From Parasitella parasitica NRRL 2501 (lineage: Eukaryota; Fungi; Mucoromycota): DNA of 64,000 bases. The stretch spans positions 19,895-83,894 of the forward strand of contig MU619363.1 of assembly GCA_025201805.1 (NCBI GenBank). The letters run 5' to 3'. Below the pieces are notes generated by a model, which worked only from the letters and a program-made list of their open reading frames with translations, was not told the origin of the DNA and did no database searches. This document shows positions 1 to 12,609 of this stretch, one piece after another; the stretch's first letter is position 1, and every line of letters begins with the position of its first letter. A program made the position numbers and the translations under genes.

Positions 1-619
1 AAAAAAAAAAAAAAAAAAGGCAGACAATAACAGCAAAATAAAATAAAATAAAATAAAATAAAAAGCCTGTTACATCATTTCATAAAGCTCAAACTTGATG
101 TTGTTGTTATGCAGACGTTATCTTTTTATAGCAATCGGTTGTGTACGCACCCTTTTTTAATATGTGTATAAGCCTGGCCGCACTCTCTTTCCTACCCTTT
201 TTCTCTTTCTTTCATTGTAAATTATTGGCTTTTTTTATTAAACCGTCAATCTTTGCTTGCAACTCCCAAAAATAGGAGAGAGCGAGAAAAACATACGTCC
301 AAATAGAGAATCTATTATATTCGTTCATTATCTCTTTTTTCTCTTTTTTTTTTTTTTTCAGAAAAAAAAAGTCTTTTTCTCTTGCTCCCCTTACTTTTTC
401 CAAATTTAATCAAACTGGACAATTCAAATACGACAAAGTTTGACTCTGCGACTCTGTGCAGACCTGATGACCCGGTGTTGCTATACGTGCACTGCTCCCA
501 GAACAAACCTGATCCCCATGTAAGGATTCGAAGACAAACAACACCCAGCAAGATCCCTCCGGTCATCATAGGTAGGTGTGATTCATCCAACTCAGCGCAC
601 CCAATGCTGATGATACTGA

Positions 620-988
620 TTGTTTGATTTTTCAGTAACGGGAGTCAAAAAGGAAGCCCGACTGCCAAAAATATTCGACGAAAGACTCGACACAGCCGTC
701 AAAATCATCGTATTAGACCTTCGAACGAATTCTGATCCCAACAGACTGAACGAAAATGTACCAACGTCCAACTTTAAAAAAATGCCAGGTGAAATTTGGG
801 ACAATGTGATTCAGATTGGCAAAGCATTCAAGCCAAATCAACCGACCGACTGTCCCATCCAGACAGCGCCGCCTTCTACAATTGACGTCTACACAAATAT
901 CCTCCCAAAGCAGCAGCAGCCCCCGCAACAACAGCTATTCAGACAGCAATCACCCATGCTTCCAGCAACGCATCAAATCAACCCCTTC

Positions 989-1025
<37 letters not shown>

Positions 1026-1484
1026 GCGCTGGCATGTTTCATCCTGGGATGATGTATGGTAATATGCTGCCATCGACAGGAAGCCCACTTCTGTTCAACC
1101 AACCAAACTACCTGAACGTCATGGCAGCAGCGCAATCCATCATAAACGCTGCAACCGCTTACAACAATATGTTTATGCCGAATTTCAATCCACATCAACA
1201 GATGATGTCGCCCCAGCCTCAGCATCTGTTGTCTCCTCAATCACAGCATATGATGTCTCCGCAGAACCAACATGCTCAATTAGCGCAGCATCAATCAAAT
1301 TCTCAAGTCAAAAGAAAACCGGTTCAGTTACAACAGCCCACATCTTTTCTAAGTCCCCAGCTTGAGCAGAGACTACTTCGAAAACAGGGGGTACAATATC
1401 TACAGCAGCAGCAATCATCGTTACCACAGGTACAACCGCAGCGACAACAACCGCAACAGACACAGCGAAAGCCACAAACACAAA

Positions 1485-1536
<52 letters not shown>

Positions 1537-2008
1537 AACACAAGCACAGCAACCAGCACAGCAACCAGCACAACGCCAACAATCACAGTTACAGCCACCC
1601 AGAATCAAAAAGAATGTGCGGTTTGCTGAGGATCCCATTGTTCACATATACGAGCCATTAGAAGATGTGTTTGAAGAGGAGGGTCCGGAATACCAGGAAC
1701 ATGAGCCGCCGCATCAGCATGACCAACAGCAGCACCAGGCGAATCATCACTACAAGGATGAGCGACGCTATTATCATTACGACAATGACGATGATAATTA
1801 CGAACCATTTTATACCCAGCAGACAGCATTCAATAATAATTATCAATCAAGTAGACAACCGCCACAGCAATATAGAAACAGCGATTACTATTATCGTCAA
1901 CACAATGAGCCGGACGAGGAGGAGGAGCAGGAGGAGGATCATGGGGCTCTATGGAGAAGACGCAATTTTTTACAAAGGCACATTTCCAACAGTAAATCGA
2001 GGGCGTGA
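620..2008 (+). CDS. Q/N-rich low-complexity protein with a PP1-docking-like RVxF motif (5' end uncertain)
   Basis: 462-aa open frame with poly-N, (QA)n and Q/P-rich tracts and KKNVRFAEDPIVHIY. A probable intron at ~572-635 (GTAGGT...TTTTCAG) joins an upstream open frame; the true ATG was not identified. Confidence 0.65.
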
Positions 2009-2032
2009 TTTCATCATGTGTTTTTGTACAGA

Positions 2033-2070
<38 letters not shown>

Positions 2071-2419
2071 AAATGACAAAATAAATAATTCAAGGACATT
2101 TTGGTATACAATGCATGTACCTTTGTTTTGGCATTGTCTGGATGTGTTGTTTTGGTAGTTTGCCATGGATTAGCTCCGAATCGAACTAGACACACCATTG
2201 CCACAAATTATGGCTATATTTTCAACGGTTAGAGCTACATAGAGTGATATTAAAGGCATCCCAAGATGTCAAGCTTTCATATTTTGTTTTTCTGCCATGA
2301 TCTTTTCCTCTACTCAACCCACTTTATAAAGCATTCTAAAATATGCTACCAACTAAATCTGATATTCTAAAGTTCAAATGTACTTGAATTGGGAGACATG
2401 CAGCTTTTTTTTTCTCAGA

Positions 2420-3250
2420 AGAGCGCCTAGTCTATAGCTATTCGCGACAACACGGCAATTCAGCGCTGCTGCCAAATCTCTATTCCATAATCTGAGAGAG
2501 ATATCCAAAGCTTTGTGATTATTGCGTCTGGAAAAAGTGGTTTAGCTCAAGAATCCATGTACTTGGTTCGTTTTTTTGGCTGTGGATTTACAGGATCTTT
2601 AGAAAAGTTTCCAGGTCTCCATTTTAATATTGAGGACATATGGACGGTATCTCGTGCGCGTCCTCAAACGAAGGAAGAAATCTCTGCTAGATGAGCATTC
2701 TTTGCATACCTTTCTCTCGCATAAGCTCATGAAACTTCACGTTGCCAACCGACCAGTACGCCAGAAAAGAGGATACGCTAACTGCCAAATTGTTGTCGCA
2801 AGGTTTTAGAGAGTCTGCTGTCTGATTGCTTTCCATTAATAATGAATGAGAACTTCAGCTTCCTGAAAAGAGTAACGCGTTGGTCTTGTTGGAACTGAAC
2901 CTCATGGCAAATTGCGAAAGATTCCTTTCCATCGTTTCTACCTTATAAATAAACATATCCTTTTTATAAGATGAAATTAGATTGAATGCACCAACTACAG
3001 CAGTTACTGGTATTCTGTTTTGTATAGTGATTTTATTAAAAGCCTTTTGTCTTGTTTTCATGGATTTACCACAGGGCCTAATCCCACCAATTATGCGTAC
3101 AAAGCATTTTTATTGCGAGAATTCACTCGTTTCAACTCTGGGAGAAAGTATTCTTTGTGTGTATATAATAGATCAGTGTGCTGAATATGACATAGATCGC
3201 AGGTTCGAGGCAAGATAATGTAATTAATTGGCACAATCTACAAGCAATAG
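2420..3250 (-). pseudogene. Decayed Fanzor/TnpB-like RuvC nuclease gene
   Basis: Manual minus-strand translation across stops and frameshifts gives DLLYTHKE...FRKLKFSFIINGKQSDSRLSKTLRQQFG...WSVGNVKFHELMREKGMQRML...ICP...LETFLKI-NPQP...VHGFL...RLWNRDLAAALN. The motif order matches fungal Fanzor1 RuvC-II / Zn-finger / RuvC-III (NRD). Confidence 0.75.
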
Positions 3251-3595
3251 ACAATGTTCTTTCTTCTGGGCGTGTTTGCTGCGAGTGCCTGAAGGCACAA
3301 CACCACAACGCCCTCATTTAAAAACGCGAGTCAGGCAGAAAAAGGGTATAAAAGCCCTACTTTTNNNNNNNNNNNNNNNNNNNNNNNNNNNNNNNNNNNN
3401 NNNNNNNNNNNNNNNNNNNNNNNNNNNNNNNNNNNNNNNNNNNNNNNNNNNNNNNNNNNTCTTTCTTTCCTTTTCTTTTCGCTTTATACCCTTATTTATT
3501 TCATTCTCTGTGATTTGATTGATAAACAGAGAACGCATTCAATTGAAACCTGCACAAATTCTGAAAAAAAACACACATATCAAGAACAAGCTAAA

Positions 3596-5058
3596 ATGAA
3601 CATAACTGGAGAACCACCTGTCGCCGAAGACGTAGTTGACCGCATTTTGTCATCAAGCCGTCAGAAATTCAATCTACCAAGAAATGCACCTGAAATTCCT
3701 CTTATCAGAGAAATTTTTATCAACAGGTAATCTGAATTGAATCTAATTGATAGCAAGTAGCATGCTAAATCCGTATTTTCTCTTTTGCCAGCCTCTACCA
3801 GTCTGCTGTGCGAGTCAAGCGCTACATAGATTCCAGACAAGGCACACCGCAACCTGAAACTCCGTCACCGGCAGAAAATGAAGATCATGCCGCAGACGCC
3901 CTCAACATATCCAGCCAAGATCAGCCAGCAGTTCCTTTCAATGTGCCTGATCAAGCTCAAGGACCAGATACCCATGGCACAGCTAATGTGGATCATAGCA
4001 ATGACTGGTGGTTTGAAGACAATGACGACGAAGATTTCCATAGTGATGAAGAGGACGAAGATGACGAGGATGAAGACTTGGAAACCTACTTTGCCAACAC
4101 AAATAATGATTCACACACTCCATCATCATCTTCAGCAGTCAGCAGCACAGCTATTGATAACGGTAATGGCTCTAAACCAACCCCCATCGACGCCGCTGAT
4201 GATACACATTCCTCAGATCAAGAAGCTGATCATGCAGAACCACCATCGCCGATTAAAGTTGAAACTATCTCAGACGTCAACAAAAATCAAGACACCCATC
4301 AAGAAGAATCTGGCCATGCCAGTATTGACATGCATTTGGATGCTCTTTCGAACAACCATTGCAAACTTCTTGGATATAAAGAACCGCCAAGTAAAGTGCT
4401 TGGTTCTTTACTCTTTGATGATGGCAGCGACGACAATGAAGATAAAGAATCATGCAAGGCCCACTCAGATCAGGGAAATGGCGATGCTTCACCTTCAGCC
4501 GCTGCTAAGAACAACAAAGACAGCAATGAGAAATTTGGCAATGCCAACAATTTGGACGCATCTTGCAGCACTCAGACCCCAGATCATGGGCCCCGATCAC
4601 CGTCTCCAGCTACTGCAAAGAAGCATGCCTCGTTAGCTGCATTGTCAGAATCCGGTCGAAAATCATCTTTGGACGCTTTGACTGCAGCAGCAAAGGGCAA
4701 GAAGCGTTCCGCAGCTTCACTCGAAGACGATGAGGACAAGGACGGCTCAGGCCGCGATAGCGATCTGCCCTCGGGCTCCAAGCCGAGGAAGAAGACTTGC
4801 TGCAATGGAACTCTTGTTACTTCTCTCGACCATGTTGCTCAAAATCCAGCTGTCAACACTGCCAACGCTGCCAACGCTGCCAACGCTGCCAACACTCAAG
4901 AAGAGGTTGCTCTTCCTAAGCCCCCCATACCCATCGACAAAGAAAATTTCTTTGCCACAAAGTCAATGATTGGAAAAAGAAAGCGGGAATTTGACGAACA
5001 AGAAGAACAAGAAGAGAGTAAACCAAGAAAGATCCTCAAGACAAAAAGAGTTTTGTAA
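3596..5058 (+). CDS. Acidic disordered protein with an N-terminal SERTA-like helix; 2 exons (3596-3726, 3792-5058)
   Basis: ATG at 3596 and a GT..AG intron at 3727-3791 join in frame to the 416-aa ORF. N-terminus DRILSSSRQKFNLPRNAPEIPLIREIFINSLY; D/E tracts; basic NLS-like C-terminus. Confidence 0.75.
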
Positions 5059-5139
5059 AAAAAAAATATGTGAAAAAAAGAACTTGCAAAAAAAAAGAGA
5101 AAAAATAGTTATATTTGTTTCAAAATAATAAAGTAATAA

Positions 5140-5460
5140 AGCACAACCATGTTCCTTCCGCAAAGGAACTGAGGAAACGAACATGCTCTGGATTGGATGA
5201 CCATTATTCATTTCGCACACTTCTTGACTTGATCAAGCACTGATTCCCCGGTCTCAGGGATTAAACAGCATCAAGGTTATGCAGAGAAGAACGGTGACTC
5301 ATTTCCTGAAAGTATTGGTGGTACGCTATGCAACCGGATACCTTTACTCTATCATGGATAAACTGGACGAAGCCATTCATCAACCGAGGAATTAGGTTTA
5401 TGGAGTCTTCAACAAGACAAGACAGGTATGGTTGTCGCAAGTTCCAGGTAGTTTCCCTTG
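5140..5460 (+). mobile_element. Possible highly decayed DIRS-like retroelement RNase H/MT fragment
   Basis: Broken frames read H*FPGLRD*TASRLCR (cf. HIPGxxNxxADxLSR) and DTFTLSWINWTKPFIN / VYGVFNKTRQ (cf. DAFxxxW...NPPWxLIxxVLxK). Confidence 0.3.
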
Positions 5461-7576
5461 AAGAAACGAGGAATACGCGTCAAATTATCATACCTTTACG
5501 ATTCATCCTCGTACAACTGATGTTGAACTCTGTCCCGTTCAAAGCCCTAAGACGTTACGTGCTCATTAAGAGCTCTAAGCCCGTGTAGCAAGCTCACAAC
5601 TTTTGGCAAGTCTAGCAACATCAGTCAAGCTATATCGACTCGTAGTTTTCTGTTGACTTGGGAACCTCGAGTTGCCATTTGTTCTCTGGCGTTTTTTTTT
5701 AGAGCTTTGGCTCAAAGATATCGTAACACTTGGAGACTGGATTAGCGTCGACTTGCATCTATTGCTCTTGATGGTCCAACCCATCCTGTTACTGATAACT
5801 TTAATAAAGTCAAATACCAAGACTAAACTTTATGCCTCTGCTGTCTTCATCTAGTTTATATGCATACAAATGCCTCTTGTAATTGCTTCTTTATAATGTC
5901 TCCGATGACCTGTACTATAGCATTCATTCTCTTTACAAACACACACTCAAACAACTAACAAATCATTATTTACGTAAGAGTGATGAGCGAATGTTTATTT
6001 ATTTTTTATTCTAGAAAAAAAAGATAACAATACTAAAAAAAAACTAGGCGTGCAAGAAGTGCTTCAATGAATCCTCATGCATGATCATTGTCTTTTTTTC
6101 TTTCGACAAGTCGTTTGATCTCTTTTTCATGAACTTGCAGCATATCGTCAACTTTAACATGGTATTTAAAGGCATTGTGGAGACATTGTGGACCAAATGT
6201 CTGCTACGGCTGACAACTTTTTGGATATTTCGATCTTGTAGGCACAGAGGTATTTGCCAAAGTTGTTTTTGAGGCTTGAAAGTAAAAGTCGATAGTGCCC
6301 TCGTAATAGATTGGTGTTTTTGTGGAAATGCGTAACTACGAGTCTTGAGGAACCATCATTCGACGTGATTTGGAACACCAGATGGGGACACAAATTAAGC
6401 TATGAAAGATGTAAAAAAGCAGGGTTCATTGATGAGTTGCCACCCAGCGAGCATTTTATAGCGGCTTTAATGCAAATTTTGATTGATATACACTCAATAC
6501 GGTGCCTTGTAACGAATGTATCGTCGTATTCTATCTGTAAATATTAAAAGTAGAGCATTTTCTACCCTCATTTGAAAAATGTGGGTGGTAACAAAGGCAC
6601 GGTCATAAATTATAGAGCGAACCAAATACAAGTGATAACCTTGCGTAAATTTTCCATCAAATAAATGCGTCCCAACAGAACACATCAACACTTTGTTACC
6701 AATGTCTGTTATACATTGGTCATATTCTGAAGCAACTATTCATCACTAGATCAAGTGCAGACAAAATGCTCCACAATACTTTTATCGGCAGTTTGGTATA
6801 TGCAAAAAATCTCACGACCCAAAAAAAATACAAAAAAAAACCTCCACCTTGCAAGAATGCAACCATCAAAAAAAGAAGCACTTTAAATATGTTGATTCAA
6901 TCAATATTTACGACAATGGGAAAGGCATAATGTATGCATCCGTGTACAGGATACAAGCCTGATAGAAGCGACATTTGAGGCAGCATACAAGTAGATAATC
7001 TATCCGAGACACCAAAGTGACAATTGAATGTAACTGGGCAGAGAATTCGCCTTCACGGACATGCGACCATCCAGTTGCATGGTCTAAATGAACGCGATTG
7101 AGCGCGAGGAGTGTATTTTGTAACGTCACATAGCAAAGCGTACAAAGAAGTTGTATTTGTATCTACACAGAAATAAATTTTTTTCTTACCCTTCCTCTCC
7201 CTTCTTCTTTACATTTCTTTGTTCCCTCAAGTTTCCAAACGCTGTCTTATTTTCACCTTTTTTTTTATCTGTTGTGATAGGATTAACATACAATCTTTAA
7301 AAAAAAAGATAAGAAATAATACGTACAAAGGAGGGTTTTTTTTTTTTTTTTTTTTTTTTCTCATTGCACTTGATTGCCCAACTGCTACGTTCCTTTTGAC
7401 CAAACAAACCAAGGCATTTGATTTTACTGTATACGCAACAAAAGAGAACGCAGACTGATATATAATGAACCACGGCATTTCACAACGTGTAAATGGCGGT
7501 TTTTTTTTGTTGCCATTCTAAAGCAGGTTATTAAAAACTTATATGTATAAATTAGGAAAACATACGAAGAAATCCA

Positions 7577-7765
7577 ATGGCAGAAAATCAGGGAGAAAAC
7601 GCCAAACCTCTCCACTCATCTGCTAGTAGCGCCACCAAACCGTCAGGATTATCCGCAAAGCCTAGCAATGTGCAATCAAAGCTGAAAGCGCTTTCTGACC
7701 AACATGCAAAGCCTCGTCCCATCCTCTCTGACAAGAGCAACAAAAGCTTGCAGCAATCCAAGGTT

Positions 7766-7806
<41 letters not shown>

Positions 7807-9092
7807 ATTATTTTAAATGCTAAACAAGCGATCCATAGCAACAACATACAAAGACTGTTAAAGAGACGACCACAAAAGTAATTGTAGACGAAAAGATTAC
7901 CATCAAAAAAGAAGATACCCTTGACCACATTGACGCAACCAAAGAAGAGTTTTTCCTAGACAACCAATCTCGGTACAGAGAAGACGAGGAGAGCCGCATC
8001 GCCATTGTGCCTGTTTTACCAATCAAAGTGCCAGAAAAGCTGAAGCACATGTTCAGTAAAGAAGCCAGCACTCTTGGTGCTAAGCGCTCTTATGATGCCG
8101 TCCAGGAACCAGCGTTATTCGTTGCCGAAAAGAAACTCAAGCCAGCTCTGTCACATCCCCAAGATCTCTTTGTTGAGAATGCCCCTCCCCTCGGCTTTGA
8201 CTTGAACGAAGAGACGATTAAATACGACCGAGAGCAGGAAATGCGAGCCAAATTGGCCATGCTTCAAACGACTCAGACGCTGAAAGAAAGCCAATGGAAT
8301 GACCCTATGCTTGTTGCTGAATATGCTGGTGAAATATTTGGCTACCTCTACGACTCTGAGCCTGCATTGATGGCGGATCCGCTGTATGCCAACAACCAGC
8401 AGCACGAAGTCTCCTGGAAAATGCGCAGTGTCCTGGTCGACTGGGTGATTGAGATCCACTACCTGTTTGGTTTATTGCCAGAGACGCTTTTCCTCGCTGT
8501 AAACATCATTGACAGATTCTTGTCTGTGCGCACTGTTGCGCTCGGAAAGCTCCAGTTGGTTGGCATCACTGCGCTTTCGATTGCGACCAAGTTTGAAGAA
8601 ATCAGATGTCCCTCGATGCAAGACTTTTTGTTTATGACAGACAACGCTGTGACCGAAGACGAGTTTATCAAGGCTGAACGCTTCGTCATGCAAATCCTGG
8701 ACTTTCGGTTCTGCTACCCCAACCCGCTAAACTTTCTGAGACGTGTCTGCACGGATGAAATGAAGTGCGACGTTCATACCCGCACTTTGGCCAAGTATTT
8801 TATGGAAATCTCATGTATTGATCACGCATTCATCGGCGTCCGCCCCTCTAAGATTGCAGCAGCGGCGCTGTGGCTGTCTAAAAAGATGCTGGTCAAAGGC
8901 AAATGGAACAACAGTCTGACAAAGCTGTCTGGATACGCACCGCATGATTTCAGAACGACTGTGGAAGCCATGCTGGATTATCTGTCGCAGCCGATAACCC
9001 ACGATGCATTCTTCAAGAAATGGTCAACCAAGAAACTATCAAAAGCAAGCATCTTTGTGCGCGATTGGATTAACCGATACTATATCAATTGA
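7577..9092 (+). CDS. B-type (G2/M) cyclin; exons 7577-7762 and 7839-9092
   Basis: Cyclin box MRSVLVDWVIEIH...ETLFLAVNIIDRFLS...KLQLVG...KFEE. D-box RPILSDKSN in exon 1. A (GT)n-containing intron joins the exons in frame. Confidence 0.95.
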
Positions 9093-9266
9093 TGCTGCTG
9101 CTGCTGCGATGGCTCTTGTCTTGTGAACATTTCTTTTTTTTTTATATATATTTATATAATATACACATATGCACTTTTTTACAAAATAATTTCCATCAGC
9201 AATAAAATATATATATTTTTTTTTTCCTTCTTTTTTCATCTCCCTCTTTTGCTCTCTTCAAAAGTC

Positions 9267-9544
9267 ATGTCGACAGAAAACACCTTTAAAAATTCGCTGA
9301 AAAACTTTCAATTATCGAGAGGAAACCAATCTGGCATATCGCTGCCTACCAACATTGGCTCATCAGCACCCACCTCAGCCTTTCAGTCATTTCGTGATGG
9401 TGCAGCCAATGCCTTTTCGTCCGTAACGAGCACTGTCCAAGGTTACAATCCGCTTGCAAGTGGCGATGTCGAAGAAGAGGAGGATCCGTGGTATCAGCTG
9501 TCCCGTGTGGAGGTATGCCCCAATTCTGCCTCATACACTTGTTG

Positions 9545-9582
<38 letters not shown>

Positions 9583-10237
9583 CCACACATTCTAGAGAGT
9601 GATGGCTTTTGCTTTGTGTCTTGTATTGGGTGTAGGCTGCTTTGCTTTGGTAAGTGCCGTTTTCGCTTGCTGACGAGTAACCAGCTATTCAATGCTGCCT
9701 ATGCATAGTCCTTTTTCTTTCTGCCTCTGTTTCCAGGGAAATTCGCTGCCACATTCACATGCAAGTTTGGCATTTTTTCAATGTGTTGTTCAGCCTTTGT
9801 TAACCGTATAAAATGTAATAATAGTGGGTAGCATCTTGATTTTAGTAAGCGTTGCTTTACTGCGCGGTCCACTGTCTCATATCAAACACATGATATCCAG
9901 GGAAAGATTGCCGTTTACGGTTTCGTACGTTGGATCCATGATTTTGACATTGTATGCAGCACTAGGCGTAAGTAGACCTTGACCTTGTTTTTTTTCCCCC
10001 CCTCCCCGCCCCCTTTACTGAATTTCAAACAGTTGCGTGTAATGATCCTCACAGTTGTTTTTGCCATTATTCAAATCGTCGCATTAATTTGGTATGTTGC
10101 CACTGATGCTTGTCACATGTAGTCTTATGTTTACCCTACGTAGGTATGTTGGCTCCTATATTCCTGGAGGTATCTCCACTTTGAGGTACGGTACAGCGTA
10201 CATTGGAAGACGAGCTGTATCCGTGCTGCCTATTTGA
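9267..10237 (+). CDS. SFT2: Vesicle transport protein, Got1/Sft2 family (multi-exon)
   Basis: WYQLSRVE then hydrophobic exons, [15 protein letters not shown] and the C-terminal SYIPGG motif; several short GT-AG introns; TGA at 10235-10237. Confidence 0.85.
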
Positions 10238-10376
10238 ACCCTTTAATAAACCCAATTAGGAAATCCATGGTTGTAGTAACCCCACGCTCTGAAATACAGA
10301 TCAGAAACTATTCTTTTTTTTTATTTTTATTTTCCCCCCTTCCCAAACTTGAAAATGTTGCCATCAACATGTTGCA

Positions 10377-12523
10377 TCATGTCTTTTGCTTCTTGCTGTT
10401 TGCAGCGTCATCTTGGACTGAAGAATCAGGCATTGACCGTTTCAGACAGACGGGTTTGCATGCAGGGTATCTCAGCTCAGAAATCAAACAAAGGTCTACA
10501 AAGGGCGTCGAGAGCCATGAAATAACAGATCTGGCGGTGTCCCGTCTTTCAGCAGATGGGCTCAGCAGCTTTATCAGTAAATTTTTCATGGTCGTGTGGT
10601 TGATTTCATCCAGCATTGTGTTTAGCAGCGTGGTCTCTTGTTGAATAGTCTTGCGCAGTGTCTCCAGGTTGTCTGTGTTGATGGATATCAAGGGCTTCAT
10701 GACCAACATAACCTCCCAAATGACCATCCCAAGTGTGTACAAGTCTTCGGCGACAGGGTTCACCAAGTGTGGCAAAACTTGGTCGTCGCAGGGGTGCTGG
10801 GGCAAGGTTTCAAGCGGACGGTATCGATATTCACTACGGGCAGGCTTGGACCGGATGGCTGGCAGGTGCTTGCACCAAGTGTCGAGTTCACGCAAGCTTC
10901 TCGGCATGACCTGACTATCGTAGTCTGGATTCACAGTGTCTGGACATGCTACCCACCAATCTCTGTAGCACGATGGCTCAGTGAAAACCAGGTTTCTAAA
11001 GTTGATGACCCACAGCTCGAACTTTTTGCTGCCATCTCGTAAAACCTGCTCCGTCTGGCTTACCATAAAGTTCACCATGGAGAGATTGCGATGCGCAAGG
11101 CCTATTTCGTGCATGATCAAGGTAGCCTCCAGCAGTTGCATCACAATGTCAAACTGTTGATGTGGCGTCAGGGTACTCTGGTAAATGTGCTCTTTCAGGG
11201 TCTTTTCAAAGCGCTGCAGGCAGATGCCAACGATCTCTCCCGTGCCATCGTGCAGCACTTGGTAGACTTTGGGCATATGAGGAAGCCTTGTCAGTTGCAA
11301 AAGTCCAACGACCTCATTGGTTCGCTGGTTGATTGGCATTCTTTCGAATGTCTGCACCACTTTTGTGCTGTCGTTTGGCAAGTAGTACACGTTCTTCAAG
11401 CCGCTGTGAGCCACAAGAGTCATGTCTTGGTCGTATTGATGAATGTCTACGACAGGTATGCCCTTTTGCTTGGCAAACTTGGCTATCTTTGTCCATAACC
11501 GCGAAGCATGTCGGATGTAGAAATTGGATGGCCGTTCGTTCGCGAAATGGTCAAGGTAGCGAGTGAATGACTTGGCAGGATTGGCTTGACGGGGCTCGAC
11601 GGGCTGCACATCTGCTATAGTCTGGTTCATTGCGGCGGCTGGCTGGTTTGGATCTGCTTGCATAACATCAGGTTCAGCCATGGTGTCCAGCGATTCATTA
11701 GCTTCAACAGTCTCTAGCGACTGACTGTACTCTGAATCCAGTGACGGCGTAGACTGGCTTGAATGGCTATGTACGGGAGACAAGGCAGATACAGTAGATT
11801 GGCTGCTCTGAGCGGACAAAGTGGACTGGCTAGAATGGCTTGGTAAAGTAGACAACGTTGATACAGTGAAGAAAGTAGATTGAGCAGATCGACTGGATTG
11901 ACTGGATAGACTGGATAGACTGGATTGGCTGGACTGGCTGGACTGGCTGGACTGGCTGGATTGGCTGGATCGACAGGATCGACAGGATTGACTGGACTGA
12001 ATGGACTGGATTGAATGAATAGATTGAGCAGACTGGGTAGGCTGGGTAGGCTGGGTAGACTGGGCCAAGTCGCTAGATTGAATGGATAGGATAGAATGGA
12101 TCGATAGAGTAGATGGCATAGATTGAACAGGCTGAATCGAAAGCACAGCGGGCTGCCTCGAACGAGTAGATGCAGAAGACAGAGTGGAGTGACTAGAGCC
12201 GTTGGACTGGCCAGACCCAACAGAGCAATTTGGTTGATCATCGAGATCTTGGTCAGATTCAAGAAGAGAGGACAGACTAGGCGAGCTGCCTGTATCGTCA
12301 TCCTCCTCCATGTTTCCGTTGGCTGCGTCTTCAAAATCTTGGGTTAGATCTTCATCCTCCGGGTCGCTGTATTCATAGGATGCCGTAGAGTCGCTGTTGA
12401 TACTACGTGAATCGGAGACGTCTCTGTTCACGCCGTTCCCAAGCTTGTCCTGATTTCTTTGGTAGTACTCCTGTCGACGAATCAACACTCCCCGAGATGC
12501 AATTGAAGGCATGCACACTTGTA

Positions 12524-12609
<86 letters not shown>

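Noticed and set aside
1308-1661. ORFs with (CA)n, (VP)n and (HR)n peptide repeats
   Set aside because: They are alternate frames of the CAGGCA hexamer repeat encoding (QA)n.
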